Below, one piece after another: positions 11,578-23,875 of a stretch of 64,000 bases of DNA. The notes beneath the pieces are model-generated. The model saw only the letters and a program-made list of their open reading frames with translations, was not told the origin of the DNA and did not search any database. The first letter of the stretch is position 1; every line of letters starts with the position of its first letter. This stretch comes from Iphione sp. A-MEVVRFRX5 (lineage: Eukaryota), in the NCBI GenBank assembly GCA_976226885.1, contig OZ320313.1, positions 37,448,001 through 37,512,000 of the forward strand, given 5' to 3'. A program made the translations under genes and the position numbers.

Positions 11578-14500
11578 GGAAAACAATGTCTAAGAGTGTT
11601 TAGTTGTATAGTGCATAGACATGAGTATTGGGGGTAATGAGATAAAGTTCCAGAAAAGTAGATACATTGAGCATGGTCAACTATACTCTGCGTGGTGGAG
11701 AGGAAACATTTACAAGGCAGGACTTGGTAAGCATTGGGAGCCTCTCCTGAGTGGATCAAGTAAGCAATGGAAGTTGGGATATATAGAGTAACAAACAACC
11801 CTTTGATTCGGTGTGTATAAAGCCCTCAAACTTTGGTCAGAGTTAAAATTCAAAGTTTGCTCCAATGTTGGAGTTCATGAATAACCTACAAGCAGTTTTC
11901 ATGATGTCACAAAGTTTGAATATATAAAAGTTCTGTTGAGTCCATACGGATCTTGAATCATATTTCTATAGTTAACAGCCACTTTTGTACCAAGGGCCCA
12001 ATCGGATAGTTGGTGTTTCGGAATCGAGTTATCGTTGTTGACAGTACTGGGACCCAATTCGGTCTATGAATATATTCGTACATACATATATAGACAATGC
12101 TGGGATCTTCACTTATCTTTTACTCGAGCCTCAGCATCATTCCCTGATGCGTAGATGTGTTCAAGTGCATAGAACGCACTAGTGAAAACATCGTGAGATA
12201 AATATCAGCGTATAAAAAACAGCAACGTAAGGTCTGCTAAAGGCCATAAACATAAGCCATAAACATAGGCACCGCTAAATAGGCGGAGTCAGGCACTACA
12301 AATCAACGGCATTAGTCTAGAGCACTGGGGGGGGGGGGGGGGTTGATGGTTCTCGGTGCTATTTGTTGTTTGTATATATGCATGCCTAACTTTATCTACT
12401 CATTAGGTCTTGACAAACTCTACCATTTAAAACACATTAATGGTTTTCCAGCCAGAGTTGTTTGGACATACGCCTAATTAATGGATACAGTGAAAAAACA
12501 GCCAGTCTCCAGCGCAAATCATGCCATATGTATATATCCTTTTGATTTCTAAGTTCTACTTTAAAGTTAAAGTGTTGATCAGAAATGAAGGGCTGATATG
12601 ATTTGTTGTTGCTTAGTCTTTTGTTAATCGTTAAGATCTATTGATATTACATCCAAACCATGAACTGGTCGTGCAGGCTAGCAGTTCTTGGATAAACACC
12701 GAGATACTGAATGAAAAATGTAATAACAATCTGTACGGACAAGGCTTACCGCCAAGTCCATTAAGGTCAAAATTTGCACTATTAACAGCACATCTAACTA
12801 ATACATTTTCTTATGGGAAACCGATCTCTGTTTTATACGTTTTAACCTACGTAGCAGGGCAATTTACTGTTAAGGGCGAAGATGTCTGGTCTTGCTTGAT
12901 ACCTAGTTGTCGCTGTATTGGGCATCAAGACATTCCCGTTTCTCTGTTCATTTTATACAAGCTTTCCATAGACTGATATAATTACCATTTTAAATGAGAA
13001 CTGTCGCATGGTCAGAGAGAAAATGTTGGCAGCTCTATTCCATTTCTACTCACTTTCTCTTTATGGAATGATTTCTTGTGAGAACAGGGCAGCCCAGGGA
13101 GGCATCCTAAGATAGCTCTTGGCTCCAGGCTGCCACAGACTCTTCCTGTTGTTCTTATGATCATCATTATACACATCCACATGATGATCCTCTTTACGCA
13201 ATTGGTCTTGAATTGTTGTAATGGGCTAAGTAATCAGCAATCAATTGGAAGGTTCAATTATGTGAATAGCATAATTTGTCCCCTATCCTGACACTAACTC
13301 CACGCTGCCAATTTAAGTAAGTTGTACTAATTGATGGACCTCTGCCTACTCTCCCTTCACTGTCCCCATCACTGTCTGATTTCACTGAGAAGTTTAGTAA
13401 GATTTCAAATCCACTGGCCCATTCATACCAACGGTTCCCGCGCTAGAAGCCATCTATTGGCTAATTCATGTATATGGTCAAGCTTAACTTGCCTTATAAG
13501 AACGTGTATCGCACGATCTTTCTTTTTGCCTTATTTAAGTTCAAGATTGATTTATATAAGTTGTTTTCATGAGGAATAAGTTACTTTCGCGCGTTTGTGG
13601 AAAAAGCGATGATGTCGCCGTCCAATGGTGAGAGGATCACATTCCACAGTAAGAAAATTTCAGTTAAGGTTTTAATTTGGTATTTAAGTGCATCACGTGT
13701 ATCTTTATGAATGTATGAGCCACGATAGCAAGCTTCAGTTTTTACGTTTAATTCATTCTTTAAGTAGTATGCCGCAAAAAGATGACTTAATAGGGCCATA
13801 CGAAAACAGTTTCCTAAAAAAACATTCCATTGCACCTTTGTTAGTTGTATATTACCAAATTAAATTTGTCTTCGTAAGTGCAAGATATCGTGAAGTATCA
13901 AGCCATTCATGGGTTTCTGTAATGTTGATGAACAGAAAAAATATTATGCATATTTAATGAACAGAAAGACACTTCTGTCGCGGTTTTGTACTGTTATCAC
14001 ACAGTGCTGGGACTTTAACATCTACAATAAAGTAACCACCTTATACTTACCTTTACCTATCGTTTGAGTAAAACAGATAATTCCTTATTGGTTTCTTGTA
14101 CACAGGAAGTTCATTTATAATAATTACAAAACATTATGCGCGAGTTCTGTTGGCTATATTAGGGGACAGGAGTGATATTTCAACTTTATATCAAATAATA
14201 AATTAGATTTAGGTATTTCACTGCGTGTATTAAAAATATGCCTGGACTATTTCCTTCGGAATGCCTGCGCCAGGACATGCAATATAGTGTCATCTACCTT
14301 ACGAAAGTTCCAGAAAGATATTTTAAAGGCAGTGGTTACAAAAAACTAAATTGTTCATAAAATAGAATCATTTCTTTCTTGAAGGAAACCGCACATAAAA
14401 AGATGAATCCGTGCCTTATGAACATTTCATTTTGAGAATATTTACTTCAGAACAATGAGTCGAGGCGAAGCGACTCCTTATGAAATAGGCTGAAAGCTCA

Positions 14501-15089
14501 TACAGCAAAATAGGCAAGCAACATCTGTGTACTTGTCTAAAGTCTAATGGGATAATCTCAAGTTTCAATGGACGAGTAGCTTTCTGGAGGATCTAATAAA
14601 AAAAGCCTTAATTTATTAGAAATTAGGAATCATTTCGGTGAAACGTAAGGGGTGAAATGATACATGTTGTGAAGTGTGCAACAAGAGTATTCTTAAATAT
14701 GTACACTGTATTTACACGGTAAAGTTCATCCAGCTAAGACCCTTTGCAAAGGAACACTTTTGTGATCCCTATTATTCTTCAACCATATATAAAACATGTG
14801 ACTCAGTCATGTAAAAAAATTTCTTTCTTAACATTTCCTGGAATGATCTGTCCTCGTAGAATAATTGTAGATGAAATCATGTACGGACATTGCTTCTTTC
14901 TATCTTTCAATTCGGCTTCAGGATATACATTAACAATCTGGCACACTCAAGATCCTAAGTAACCTTTATACTGTTAGTAACTGCATTACACTGTGATATC
15001 CTGCCAGTTCATATCAAGAAAGTTCTCAATACTGCTGATACTGATACTGAAGATAATAAATGTATATGGCAGTATCACTTCTACTGCTT

Positions 15090-15480
15090 ATCATCATCAT
15101 CATTCATCATTGGATGCCATCTTCCTCATGAAGGTGCGCTGCCATGATCCTTCAGCTTCTGCTATCTTGTGCCTTCCTACATAAAAAAACATCATATTTC
15201 CTTATTCCACTTCATTCCATTATGTTGTCAGTTTGTTTTGCTCTAGGTCTTCCTCTGCATCATTTTCCATTTACTTTTCCTTCTAGTAATAATTTCTGTG
15301 TGCCGTTTCTTCTGACCATATGTCCAAAGTATACTATCTTCCTTTGATAGGCAATATGTAGAGTTTATCTTGGATCATGTTAAGGACCTCTTTATTCTTG
15401 ATTTTCTGTGTCCAAGATCTTTGCATGACTTTTGTATATACCTACATTTCTACTGCATATATCTTAATGAAACCTTATCA
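15090..15480 (-). mobile_element. Decayed RTE (BovB-like) LINE 3' fragment
   Basis: Minus strand encodes SWTQKIKNKEVLNMIQ...YFGHMVRRNGTQKLLLEGKVNGK*CRGRPR...RKAQDSRS*R, typical of the RTE ORF C-terminus, followed by a (TGA)n tail; internal stops. Confidence 0.8.
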
Positions 15481-15599
15481 TATGAAAGCAAAGGCCATAA
15501 GGAGGAAATCAGTGTTCGGTGTAAGTCTCCATCGTTATTTAATGTGAACTTATTTACAAAAAATATAAAAAATGAAAGTTGCAATAGTTCAAATAACAG

Positions 15600-16200
15600 G
15601 ATCGGAACCACAAATATTTTAAAGACCTTATCATAAACCACTTCTAAGAAAATTGAGCACGGGTGTTTTGTCTGAAGCCTGTTCACTACACATCGGGGTA
15701 ACATAACATGGTTGAATATGTATGTATCCAACAGCAATGCGTTCTCTTTGCAGATGATACCTTAATTATAACAGACCCATGACAGATGTATTCAGTGTAC
15801 ATTCTAAAATATCAGTTGATTGAAGCAAGCTTTCATAATGGTGTGATTGTAACAACTGTAACATCAATACAACTAAGACCATGGTTAATGCAATGACACC
15901 TGGTATAATTGAGAAAGAACAAATCAGAGCAACCTCAATGAAGAGTTATAAAATTACCATAAAGTATTTGGACTTTTTAGAATACTTAGGAATTCACCTT
16001 GATGAAGATCTTTCAATGAAGAATCATGCAAAGCTACTCACGAGGAATATCCTAACCAAAATATTACTTTCAAAGGTCGGGTATCAGCTGAATGAAAATA
16101 CTGATGATATCAATATATAAACAGACAACACTCCTCTTAGCTTATTATTGCACCTGTATTATCACTGTGGTTAAATGTAAATTTATTACCCTTAAAACAG
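15600..16200 (+). mobile_element. Decayed CR1/L2-type LINE reverse-transcriptase fragment
   Basis: FADDTLI at 15747-15767 and EYLGIHLDEDLSMKNH in ORF 15881..16120; stops and frameshifts; boundaries approximate. Confidence 0.75.
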
Positions 16201-19200
16201 AATAGAGTTCTTTATATAATGCATAGAACCTCATAAAAAACTCAGATATAGATGAACTCCATACCAGATACAAGATTACTAAAACTAGACTGAAGAAGAA
16301 AATTATTTATATTTGCCCTCATGCATAGTGCAAATCAGACTGAATATAAGTTAAAGAAATAACGCCACAAGACTTAATGACGGACGAAACTTCCCGATTC
16401 TTTTGCCAAAAACCAAATTCTGACGTCAATAGGTTACCTGGGTACACTAACTTAGAACGACCTATTATCATACTTAGAAATATCCCTAACAGAAAAGATC
16501 TCACATAGGCGGCAAGAATCAGTGTATATTATTCCGTCGTACCACAAAACATGATAATTAAAACATGCATCATAACCTACATGACTAGCTTCTTATATCT
16601 ACTGTATTGCCATACTCATGCATCGCATAGCTATAATCACATCACACATCTATTCATATGTCATTGAATAGCAGTGTATCCAATAGATTTATTCCATGAA
16701 AGCAATTTCTGGGAAACAATTGGATGGATCAATAAATTCTTTTAAATTGAATTTAATCTAATTGAGTCTTGTGCCACTTAACACTGTGAAAGGGCGACGT
16801 GAAGCACAACTGTTATATTGCGTGCTGAGGTCTACGAATCTAACTGATTTAGACTAAATTGATAGTCCATGTATATACTTAAGGTGGACAAATTTTCTTG
16901 AAGATCCTGAACTTTAAAGGTGATAGATATGTTCTAGATGGAAAGTGTGACCTGATTATGGCGGAGGTTGGTGGTGGCGCCTCGCATATAGTGCATCAAG
17001 TGATGTTGAGAGATGTTCCTAGTATGCGTTGGGTATAGTGTAAATCACTGTTTCCCTATCGAAAATATATTGATGTAAAAATGTGCAAGACGAATGTTAT
17101 AGGATGCCACTCTTTTTTTCTCTGTGCTGGCAGGTGGAGGCCCTGACGGAATCGGGAGGCTTGTTGTTTTTAGAAGAATGGTACATGTGAAGTATGCTGG
17201 CCTCTTACCAAACTGAACATGAGGATTATTTCCACTCGCTCAGCAGATCCCACGTCTGTGATGGCCCATCGGCTCACACGCGGCGTGGGGGAGGTCATCA
17301 CGTCATGTGATTCAGTATGAGACGACCATTTTAAAATGCGTCAACACTGGCGTCCGAAGCCTTTCACTCCTTCTGCTGTTTGCCATGCAAAATGAAGAAT
17401 ATTGCATAATTAAGAGAGTACAATGAGTCTAGTTACTTTCAGATATGCTTCACGGTTCTGTTTTTTTTGTGGTGGAAATCTGACAAGAATGTGATCCACG
17501 CCCACACAGATATTTATGATGGCTGATTTCATGTCTTTTTTATATTTTGGTGTCGGTGCATATCAGGAAAAGGACGTAAATCATTAGATAACTTCATGCG
17601 GGCCAAGAGTCACTCGTCAGTCTGTAGAACATTTCAGAGTTGTGTGCAACAGTTACAATACCGTGGGGGTTCTGCAGAGTCATAGAGCCACAGCCTCAGC
17701 CTTAATATAATGGATGTGTCTTCGCTGTCTGTGTTCTGCTCCATGAACATGGAGACGATATTTCTTTGCTTCGGACATATCCCAATAGTAGAAATACATG
17801 TATGGCCTACTTGCAGTGATAGCTGCGGTATGGTTGAGAAATACATGCGCTTGTAAATTTATCCTAAGAGATGCAGAGAATTAAAAGCCAAAGATTTCAA
17901 GAGCCAGAAAGTACCAGAGGACCAGAAAGTGAGGAACCGAAAGAGCTAAGGTTAGGAAAGGAGACAGTCTAAAGACGAAGCGGAATATTTAAGACAGAGT
18001 CTACAAACCTGACAGTCAGATTGTCAGAGAGGTACAATTTCAGAGACATAGATAGCCGAAGAACATCGGCCAAGCAGACACGAATTAAGGGTGAGAGAGC
18101 AAGGGTAGAAGATAGAACATACGTTGACTTAGTAGGGGAACCACTGAGAGCATTGCGTGACAGATTGATGCTAGGTTGGTGGGTGGTAGGAGTGAGGCAA
18201 AGGCTTCTAGGGCTAAAGGGAATGGTGAGAACCACATACTTACATGCACTTACTTGGCTACATTAGGATGGGTGCGGACGAGCTAGCGGGTGGGAAATAC
18301 GTTTTGGATGCGTTGGATGTATATGTACTGGGAGAGGACGTGGGTATTCACATGCTACCTACAATAGGGTGACATGAAGAAAGGTGGGAGTGGGATAAAT
18401 TCGAGGGATAGGGCAACAAAGAAAGAGCCAATAGTGGAGTACGGAAAAGAAGAGTGTATCGGGTGCTATTTCGTGGGTGGCGTGCGTGATTCCTCCGTGT
18501 TCCCAGTCGACATGAACGCAATTATCTCTCGACAACAAAAATCGATCGTCGTTGTTTCCAGAGGTGAGTCTGGCCCTCATCCTTATCCTCCCACTCCACC
18601 TTCTTCTACTGTCCCTTATCCTTTTTCTTCTCCTCTTACACGTCTTCTTCCTCCTCCATCCTCTTTGCTTTCCTTCTTCTTTTCATACTTATGCTCCTTC
18701 CCGTTTCCTCCGACTCGTCCTATCACCACACAGCCACATGATTACAATTTATCAGCACTTCTTCTACTAGTACTACTAATAATTACAACCTACCCTCCAT
18801 GGTATCAGCATCACTGCTATTACTACCGATATTGCTAAAACTACTCTACTCTTACGTGTGCTTCCTTCCACGTATTTCCGCGTACATATCGCGTTTGGCG
18901 TTTGTCGTTTGGCGTCGTCCACTGATTCCTACCCCCCCCCCTCCCCACACACACACAGATTCCTAAGCCTTCTGATTCCACACAAACTACCCACCCAACA
19001 CACCCCCAGCACATACACACATACCCCTCACTACATCTCATTTTAGTGCGTCTCTACTCACTCGGCTGTCTCTGTAGTTCCTATGGTCACTACTTATTTT
19101 CTTTTTCTGGTAAGACCACTACAATTGCCCATTCTCCGCTTCTTTCCGATTTCTCCATTGCAAGTGCTTTGTACCACTCCCCCCCACTTCCACAAACCCC

Positions 19201-19482
19201 TTCCACTCTTAGGCTGGGTTTCCATGTAAGTATTTAGGTGTGTAGACGTGTTTGTCCGCATGTTTCACTTAATCCTTTGTTAATTCCAAAACAACTGTAT
19301 AAATGCTGTGAGACGTGTTTTCACTGTGTAATCATTTTATACATTGATTACAAGCCTATATCTCCTAAATACATGCCCAAACATGCATCACTTTCACAGA
19401 GGAATGGGACATCTCCCATTCTTCAAACATGTTATATGCATCATGGTCCATGCTTACATGGAGAGGCTCGTGTATACATGTA

Positions 19483-19661
19483 CAGTGGAGTCTTAATTTG
19501 CGACCACCACATAGGAGGAAGCTCAACTGGTTGTAATGGTGAATTTGGTCATAAATATATTATTGTTAAGTATAGAAATTAATAATTTTGTACCAGGTTG
19601 TACTGGTCGTAATAGCAAGAATGGTTGGAAATCGATGTGGTCGCAAATTAAGACTCTCTTG
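19483..19661. mobile_element. Tc1/mariner-type MITE (TA TSD), 179 bp
   Basis: TA|CAGTGGAGTCTTAATTTGCGACCAC ... GTGGTCGCAAATTAAGACTCTCTTG|TA; perfect 20-bp inverted match 19488-19507 / 19637-19656. Confidence 0.85.
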
Positions 19662-20204
19662 TATTTGTGTATTCTCAAAAAACACAGTAACAATACAGCA
19701 ACATGACTCACTCTCTCTTTTAGACCTTGTGCAACTGCTGCATGAATATTCGCTACTTTTCCTGTTCTCATCCTCTTCATTTTACGCAACTTACTATTAA
19801 TCTCTGATTTCTTTCTTACCTCCTTCAGCCCTCTTCATACTTAACGACTACTTCATTTTCTTCCTCTGCTCCTTTTCTTTATCCCCTTTCTTCCCTAATA
19901 TTCCATGGTACTCCTCATCTTGTTCATCTTAGGTCATCTTCTTAACCCATTTCTACCATTCCTATTCTTCATGACGACGTAGCTCATAATTTCTGCATGG
20001 GAGGTGCCACTAGGCTATAGTAACAAAACAGTAGGTTCAAACAACCCTTGGGTATGATTCATTGTAATTTAAACCACGCCTACAACTCATTTCTCTCTAT
20101 GTTCCTATCATGCCCCGAAGTCCATTATATCCGGTAATCGTCCTGTTTTCCTCTGTTATGAAATTGGCTGCTTGTCTTGCAGTTATCTGACAAAATGTGG
20201 TCAG

Positions 20205-20304
20205 GGCTCGGAAAGGGTTCAAACCTGGATGGGCTGTCAGGGGACTTGACCTACACAGGTGTGTTCTTGGTGTCTAGCACTCTTATCCAAACGGCCACTG
20301 AGTC
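20205..20304 (-). pseudogene. tRNA-derived Pol III module (in copy B)
   Basis: Minus strand GACTCAG-TGGCCGTTTGGATAAGAGTG ... GGTTTGAACCC; degenerate A and B boxes. Confidence 0.5.
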
Positions 20305-20469
20305 CACACTGAAGGCATGCCTCCCTCTCTCTCACACATTGCCAAAACGAGGTGTTTAACGGGTCAAAGATGAACTATTGTTGACCTTTCACTTTTCATT
20401 AAAACATATTTCCATAAATTTGTTAATGTGAGGGGAGACCCATCACATCCCCCCTTTTCCCAACATCAT

Positions 20470-20666
20470 CATGAATTAAATGTATCTTGAGCATGACCTG
20501 TGAAAATATTCGCCATTCTTTCATAAATTCAGTGCATCTTTACCTGAACCTCCAGTAATATTTGCCACTTTTCATGAATTAAATTCACATTTAACACTAC
20601 CTCTGGGAATATTTGCCAATTTTCATAAATTAAATGCATCTTTAACATGACCTCCAGAAATATTCC
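20470..20666. repeat. 51-52-bp minisatellite, ~4 units (copy B)
   Basis: Unit starts at 20470, 20522, 20573 and 20624. Confidence 0.9.
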
Positions 20667-22978
20667 TTTTTTCCTATCAGTAATGTGGGGGAGACACCCC
20701 ACACCCCCCCTTTGTTTTCTTTTTCAAATTTGTTTCTTTTTTCACAATTATAACAGACCCAAACCTTCTAAACTAGGAAGGGGGTACTTGAACAAAGTTC
20801 CTATATTGTCTCTTACATTGTTACTTAACATCATGAAAGCCACCTCAGCTATTGCCTCGGTGGACCTCCTCTACTGTACTCGTCACCTTGATTGTTCTTC
20901 ACTGATCCATCACATTGTTCAGGTGGTGTGTATGTGACAGCATGAAAGCCACCTCGGCTCTGCTGCGGTGGACCTAGTACTCTTGACGGATCTGGCACAT
21001 CGCTCCGGTGGCGGGGGAATTAGGATATACTGTTTAAAAACCATCAACCTAACAAAATTATCATACATTGTCAAGTATCAATAAGCGTAAGCACTAATAA
21101 GCTCTAACCAGTTTTTCAAAGGTGACTTCAGCAGAGCAAACTATCATAGTATCACTCTTAGTCAAACATGACTAAGGGTGACTAACATCCTTAGGTCACG
21201 TTTGGCACTGTCATTTTGACCTAAGAAAGTTAGTCAGCAATGACTAAGAATTCAAAGCCTCAGATTATGCATGACAAATATGAAAAAATCATTCCAAGAA
21301 GTTAACTACTTATCAAAATGCCTATGTCATAACAGTAATCACAGCAGTATAAGTATGTCAAGAAGACAATTGCCATTTTGCGTCAGACTGACTGTTTGAC
21401 AGTTTTAAAATATTGTTTACACCTACTGTTACGTGGGTCAGTGACGAGAAAAAAACGACTTGTTGACCTCATTCTGGCTGCAACCGAAACCAATCCTACC
21501 TGTGCTGTTCCTTACCTTGTTCACGTTTTTGTTACTTTCCTTCCTCCGTGTGTCCCGCGCCCTTGGGATCTTTCAATTTTTTCTCATTTGTTTTCAGTGC
21601 TCCCAGTGAAAACTGCAATCGGAGTTAAAATATGAGGCACTACAGAATAACATAGAAGTACATGTGGCCATCATAAATTATCATCAACGCAAATATCTTC
21701 TCAAGAGTAATTCGAGGTATCTGTCAAAAGAGGTAATGCACATGTGTTGAGTAATTAGAGCATAAAGTCAGTGAATCTGGGTGCATTGCACGTGCGTTGT
21801 GTCAAATTACTGGCAGATTAAACATAAATGGGACTATTTCTATACCTGTGTCATATGTATGCATTGTGTGCATGCCTTGCCTGTATTTGGACACTGCTCT
21901 TTAAATTCACCCTAAAAAAGCACTCCAGTTTATTGAATCGGTGCCGAGGGCCAGGCTTAGCATATAAGATCCATATATAAAATGGCCTTAGTTTGGGTAT
22001 CATTGGCATAAAAGCTACACGAATTTTAAACACAAAATTCCAGATTCGGGTCAATTCTACAAATTTCCACCCAAACCACACAAATTTCACAGCTTTGGCT
22101 TAAATCAATGAAATTTACACTAAAACTGCACACTTGATACAGATTTGGCTCATTTACTATTAATTCTTATGCAGATCTCTAAAAATATATCATCAGAGTA
22201 CCTTGAAAATTGTGACAAACAGCAGCAAACAGCAGTAAAACCAAGTACACAAATGCAAGCAAAAGGACACCTCTGTGCTTCTCCACGTGTCATAATGGTC
22301 AATGATCATGGATTACAAATGCATACAAACACATAAATACAAGTAACGGAAGCCAGCCCTTATGGATCTCCCATTTTAAAGGTGGATGGGAATGCATGCA
22401 TGGTCAATCTACCATCAATTTCCATCTCAGCCTGCAGCCTTGACGTTGATCATGCAGATTGACCATGCACTCCCATTCATACTTGAAAGGTGTGGTAACA
22501 TGGGCTGTGATCATAATTTGAATAGTTTTTACCTTAATGAAGTGTTTTAATGAGGTAATGTACGTGCGTCCGAGTACATTATCAAGTGTGAGCTGGTCTG
22601 AGGATTTTACCTGGTTTATACCACTCCTGCTTCACAACTGAACAATGTCCCGACCCATTCAAGAAGATTGGGTCCACCGAGGTGACAGCCAAGGTGGCTG
22701 TCAACAGCCCCCCTCCCATTCCAAGAAGATTGGGTCCACCAAGTCGATAGTTGAGGTGGCATTCAACCTCGGAAGGTTTAGATCTGGCATTTGAATAAGG
22801 GCAAATAGGCTTGATTGGTTTTTAGGGAGAGAGGGAGAAAGAGACTCAGTACATTATAAGAAAACACCAAAATATACTCCCATCTATAATGGAAGACAGA
22901 CTGTTGTAATTGTGAAAAGAAAATGGAAATTTAAAAAAGAGAAGAAAGGGGTGAATGGGGGTCTCCCCACGAAAAAAA

Positions 22979-23171
22979 ATATTTTTGGAGGCTATACTAA
23001 AGATGAACTAATTCATGAAAAAGAAGCAAATATTTCCAGAGGTAATGCTAAAAATGCATTTAATTTATGAAACGTGGCAAATATTACGGAAGTTTCAGCT
23101 GAAGATTCATTAAATTTATTAAAAAGTGGCAAACATTTTGGTGGTCATGCTAAAGATGCATTTAATTCATG
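22979..23171. repeat. 51-52-bp minisatellite, ~4 units, reverse complement (copy C)
   Basis: Unit ends at 23017, 23069, 23120 and 23171. Confidence 0.85.
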
Positions 23172-23318
23172 AAAATATGACAAAGAAAAGGGGGAGGGCT
23201 GTGAAAGGTGAAAGGTCTAATAATACTCCAATTTTCCTATACACACACACGCACTGAACAGCCTCTACCTCTGCACAGGCCTGAATGGAAGCCCCAGTAA
23301 TAGTCACACCACTGTGCT

Positions 23319-23402
23319 GGCTCTGTGGCACAATGTATAAGATTGGAGAACAACCAGAATCAGCAGAACAAGCCTCAGTGGGTTCGAATCCCTCAAGGAA
23401 CC
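23319..23402 (+). pseudogene. tRNA-derived Pol III module (in copy C)
   Basis: Near-identical to 11427-11510; B box GGTTCGAATCC intact. Confidence 0.6.
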
Positions 23403-23657
23403 TCACCGTGAAAAAGGGAACTGAAATATCCACAACAAGACCAAGAAATAATGGACAGACACTAGTACAAATATGTAGAATAATGTACTGGGGGGTCACA
23501 TAGTAAGATAGAGAGAAGAGGAGTAGTTTAAGATGACCCATTCTTTGGTCTGAAAAAAACCAAGGGGAATCTGGTTGTTATGAGGCCGGCTGATGAGTGC
23601 TGACCATGTTTGGTCAGCAAGTCCTGGTTGTACAATGAATGTGCAATGTCCAAATAC

Positions 23658-23875
23658 CAGGGTGGGGGACACCCATTTTGGTGAAGCGTTATGGCTGCTC
23701 TATAATTCTTGGTGAAGCGTTATTTGCTCTCCCAAATCATGGTGAAGCGTTATACAACATTTCCTGTTTATGGGAGATGAAGAAATTAATTCTTGGTGAA
23801 GTGCTCTATATTTAGGCGTTATGAGTGTTTTAAATTCTTGGTGAAGTGTTATTGGGTACCCCCTGTCCCCCCCTG
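23658..23875. mobile_element. Possible small hAT-like MITE with internal repeats
   Basis: CAGGGTGGGGG ... CCCCCCCTG ends; flanks CAAATAC / TAAATAC; five internal GGTGAAG(C/T)G(TTAT) motifs. Confidence 0.4.

Larger units (their letters stand above)
20073..21033 (+). mobile_element. Composite TTAA-flanked non-autonomous element, copy B
   Basis: TTAA|ACCAC at 20069-20077; shares ATTTAAACCAC...CTATGTTCCT...CCCC(G)AAGT(A/C)CATTAT with copy A; tRNA-like module 20205-20304 (minus); 52-bp array 20470-20666; two GCCACC...GGTGGACC motifs (~20839, ~20948); ends CTGT|TTAA at 21030-21037 (right terminus degenerate). Confidence 0.65.
22620..23527 (-). mobile_element. Composite TTAA-flanked non-autonomous element, copy C (inverted)
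   Basis: TTAT|ACCACT at 22616-22625 and AGTAGT|TTAA at 23522-23531; reverse-complement 52-bp array 22979-23171; two GGTCCACC...GGTGGC motifs (~22672, ~22732); tRNA-like module 23319-23402 (+); TAGAATAATGTACTGGGGGG matches the reverse complement of 1731-1752. Confidence 0.7.

Noticed and set aside
14322-14760. Kolobok-type element starting TTAAAGGCAGTGG
   Set aside because: No matching right terminus found.
17969-18235. LRR-like motifs (INLSRNALSG, LYLSDNL)
   Set aside because: Only two imperfect motifs in a Leu/Ser-biased strand, with no convincing splice context; likely chance unless HMMER finds an LRR.
11251-23541. Duplicated small protein (ORFs 11251..11586 and 23167..23541)
   Set aside because: The peptides match only because the DNA is a ~96% identical repeat containing a tRNA-like module on the other strand.
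23680-23852. CRISPR array
   Set aside because: Repeats are only ~13 bp and degenerate, spacing is irregular (31, 30, 54, 45), there are no cas genes and the context is eukaryotic.
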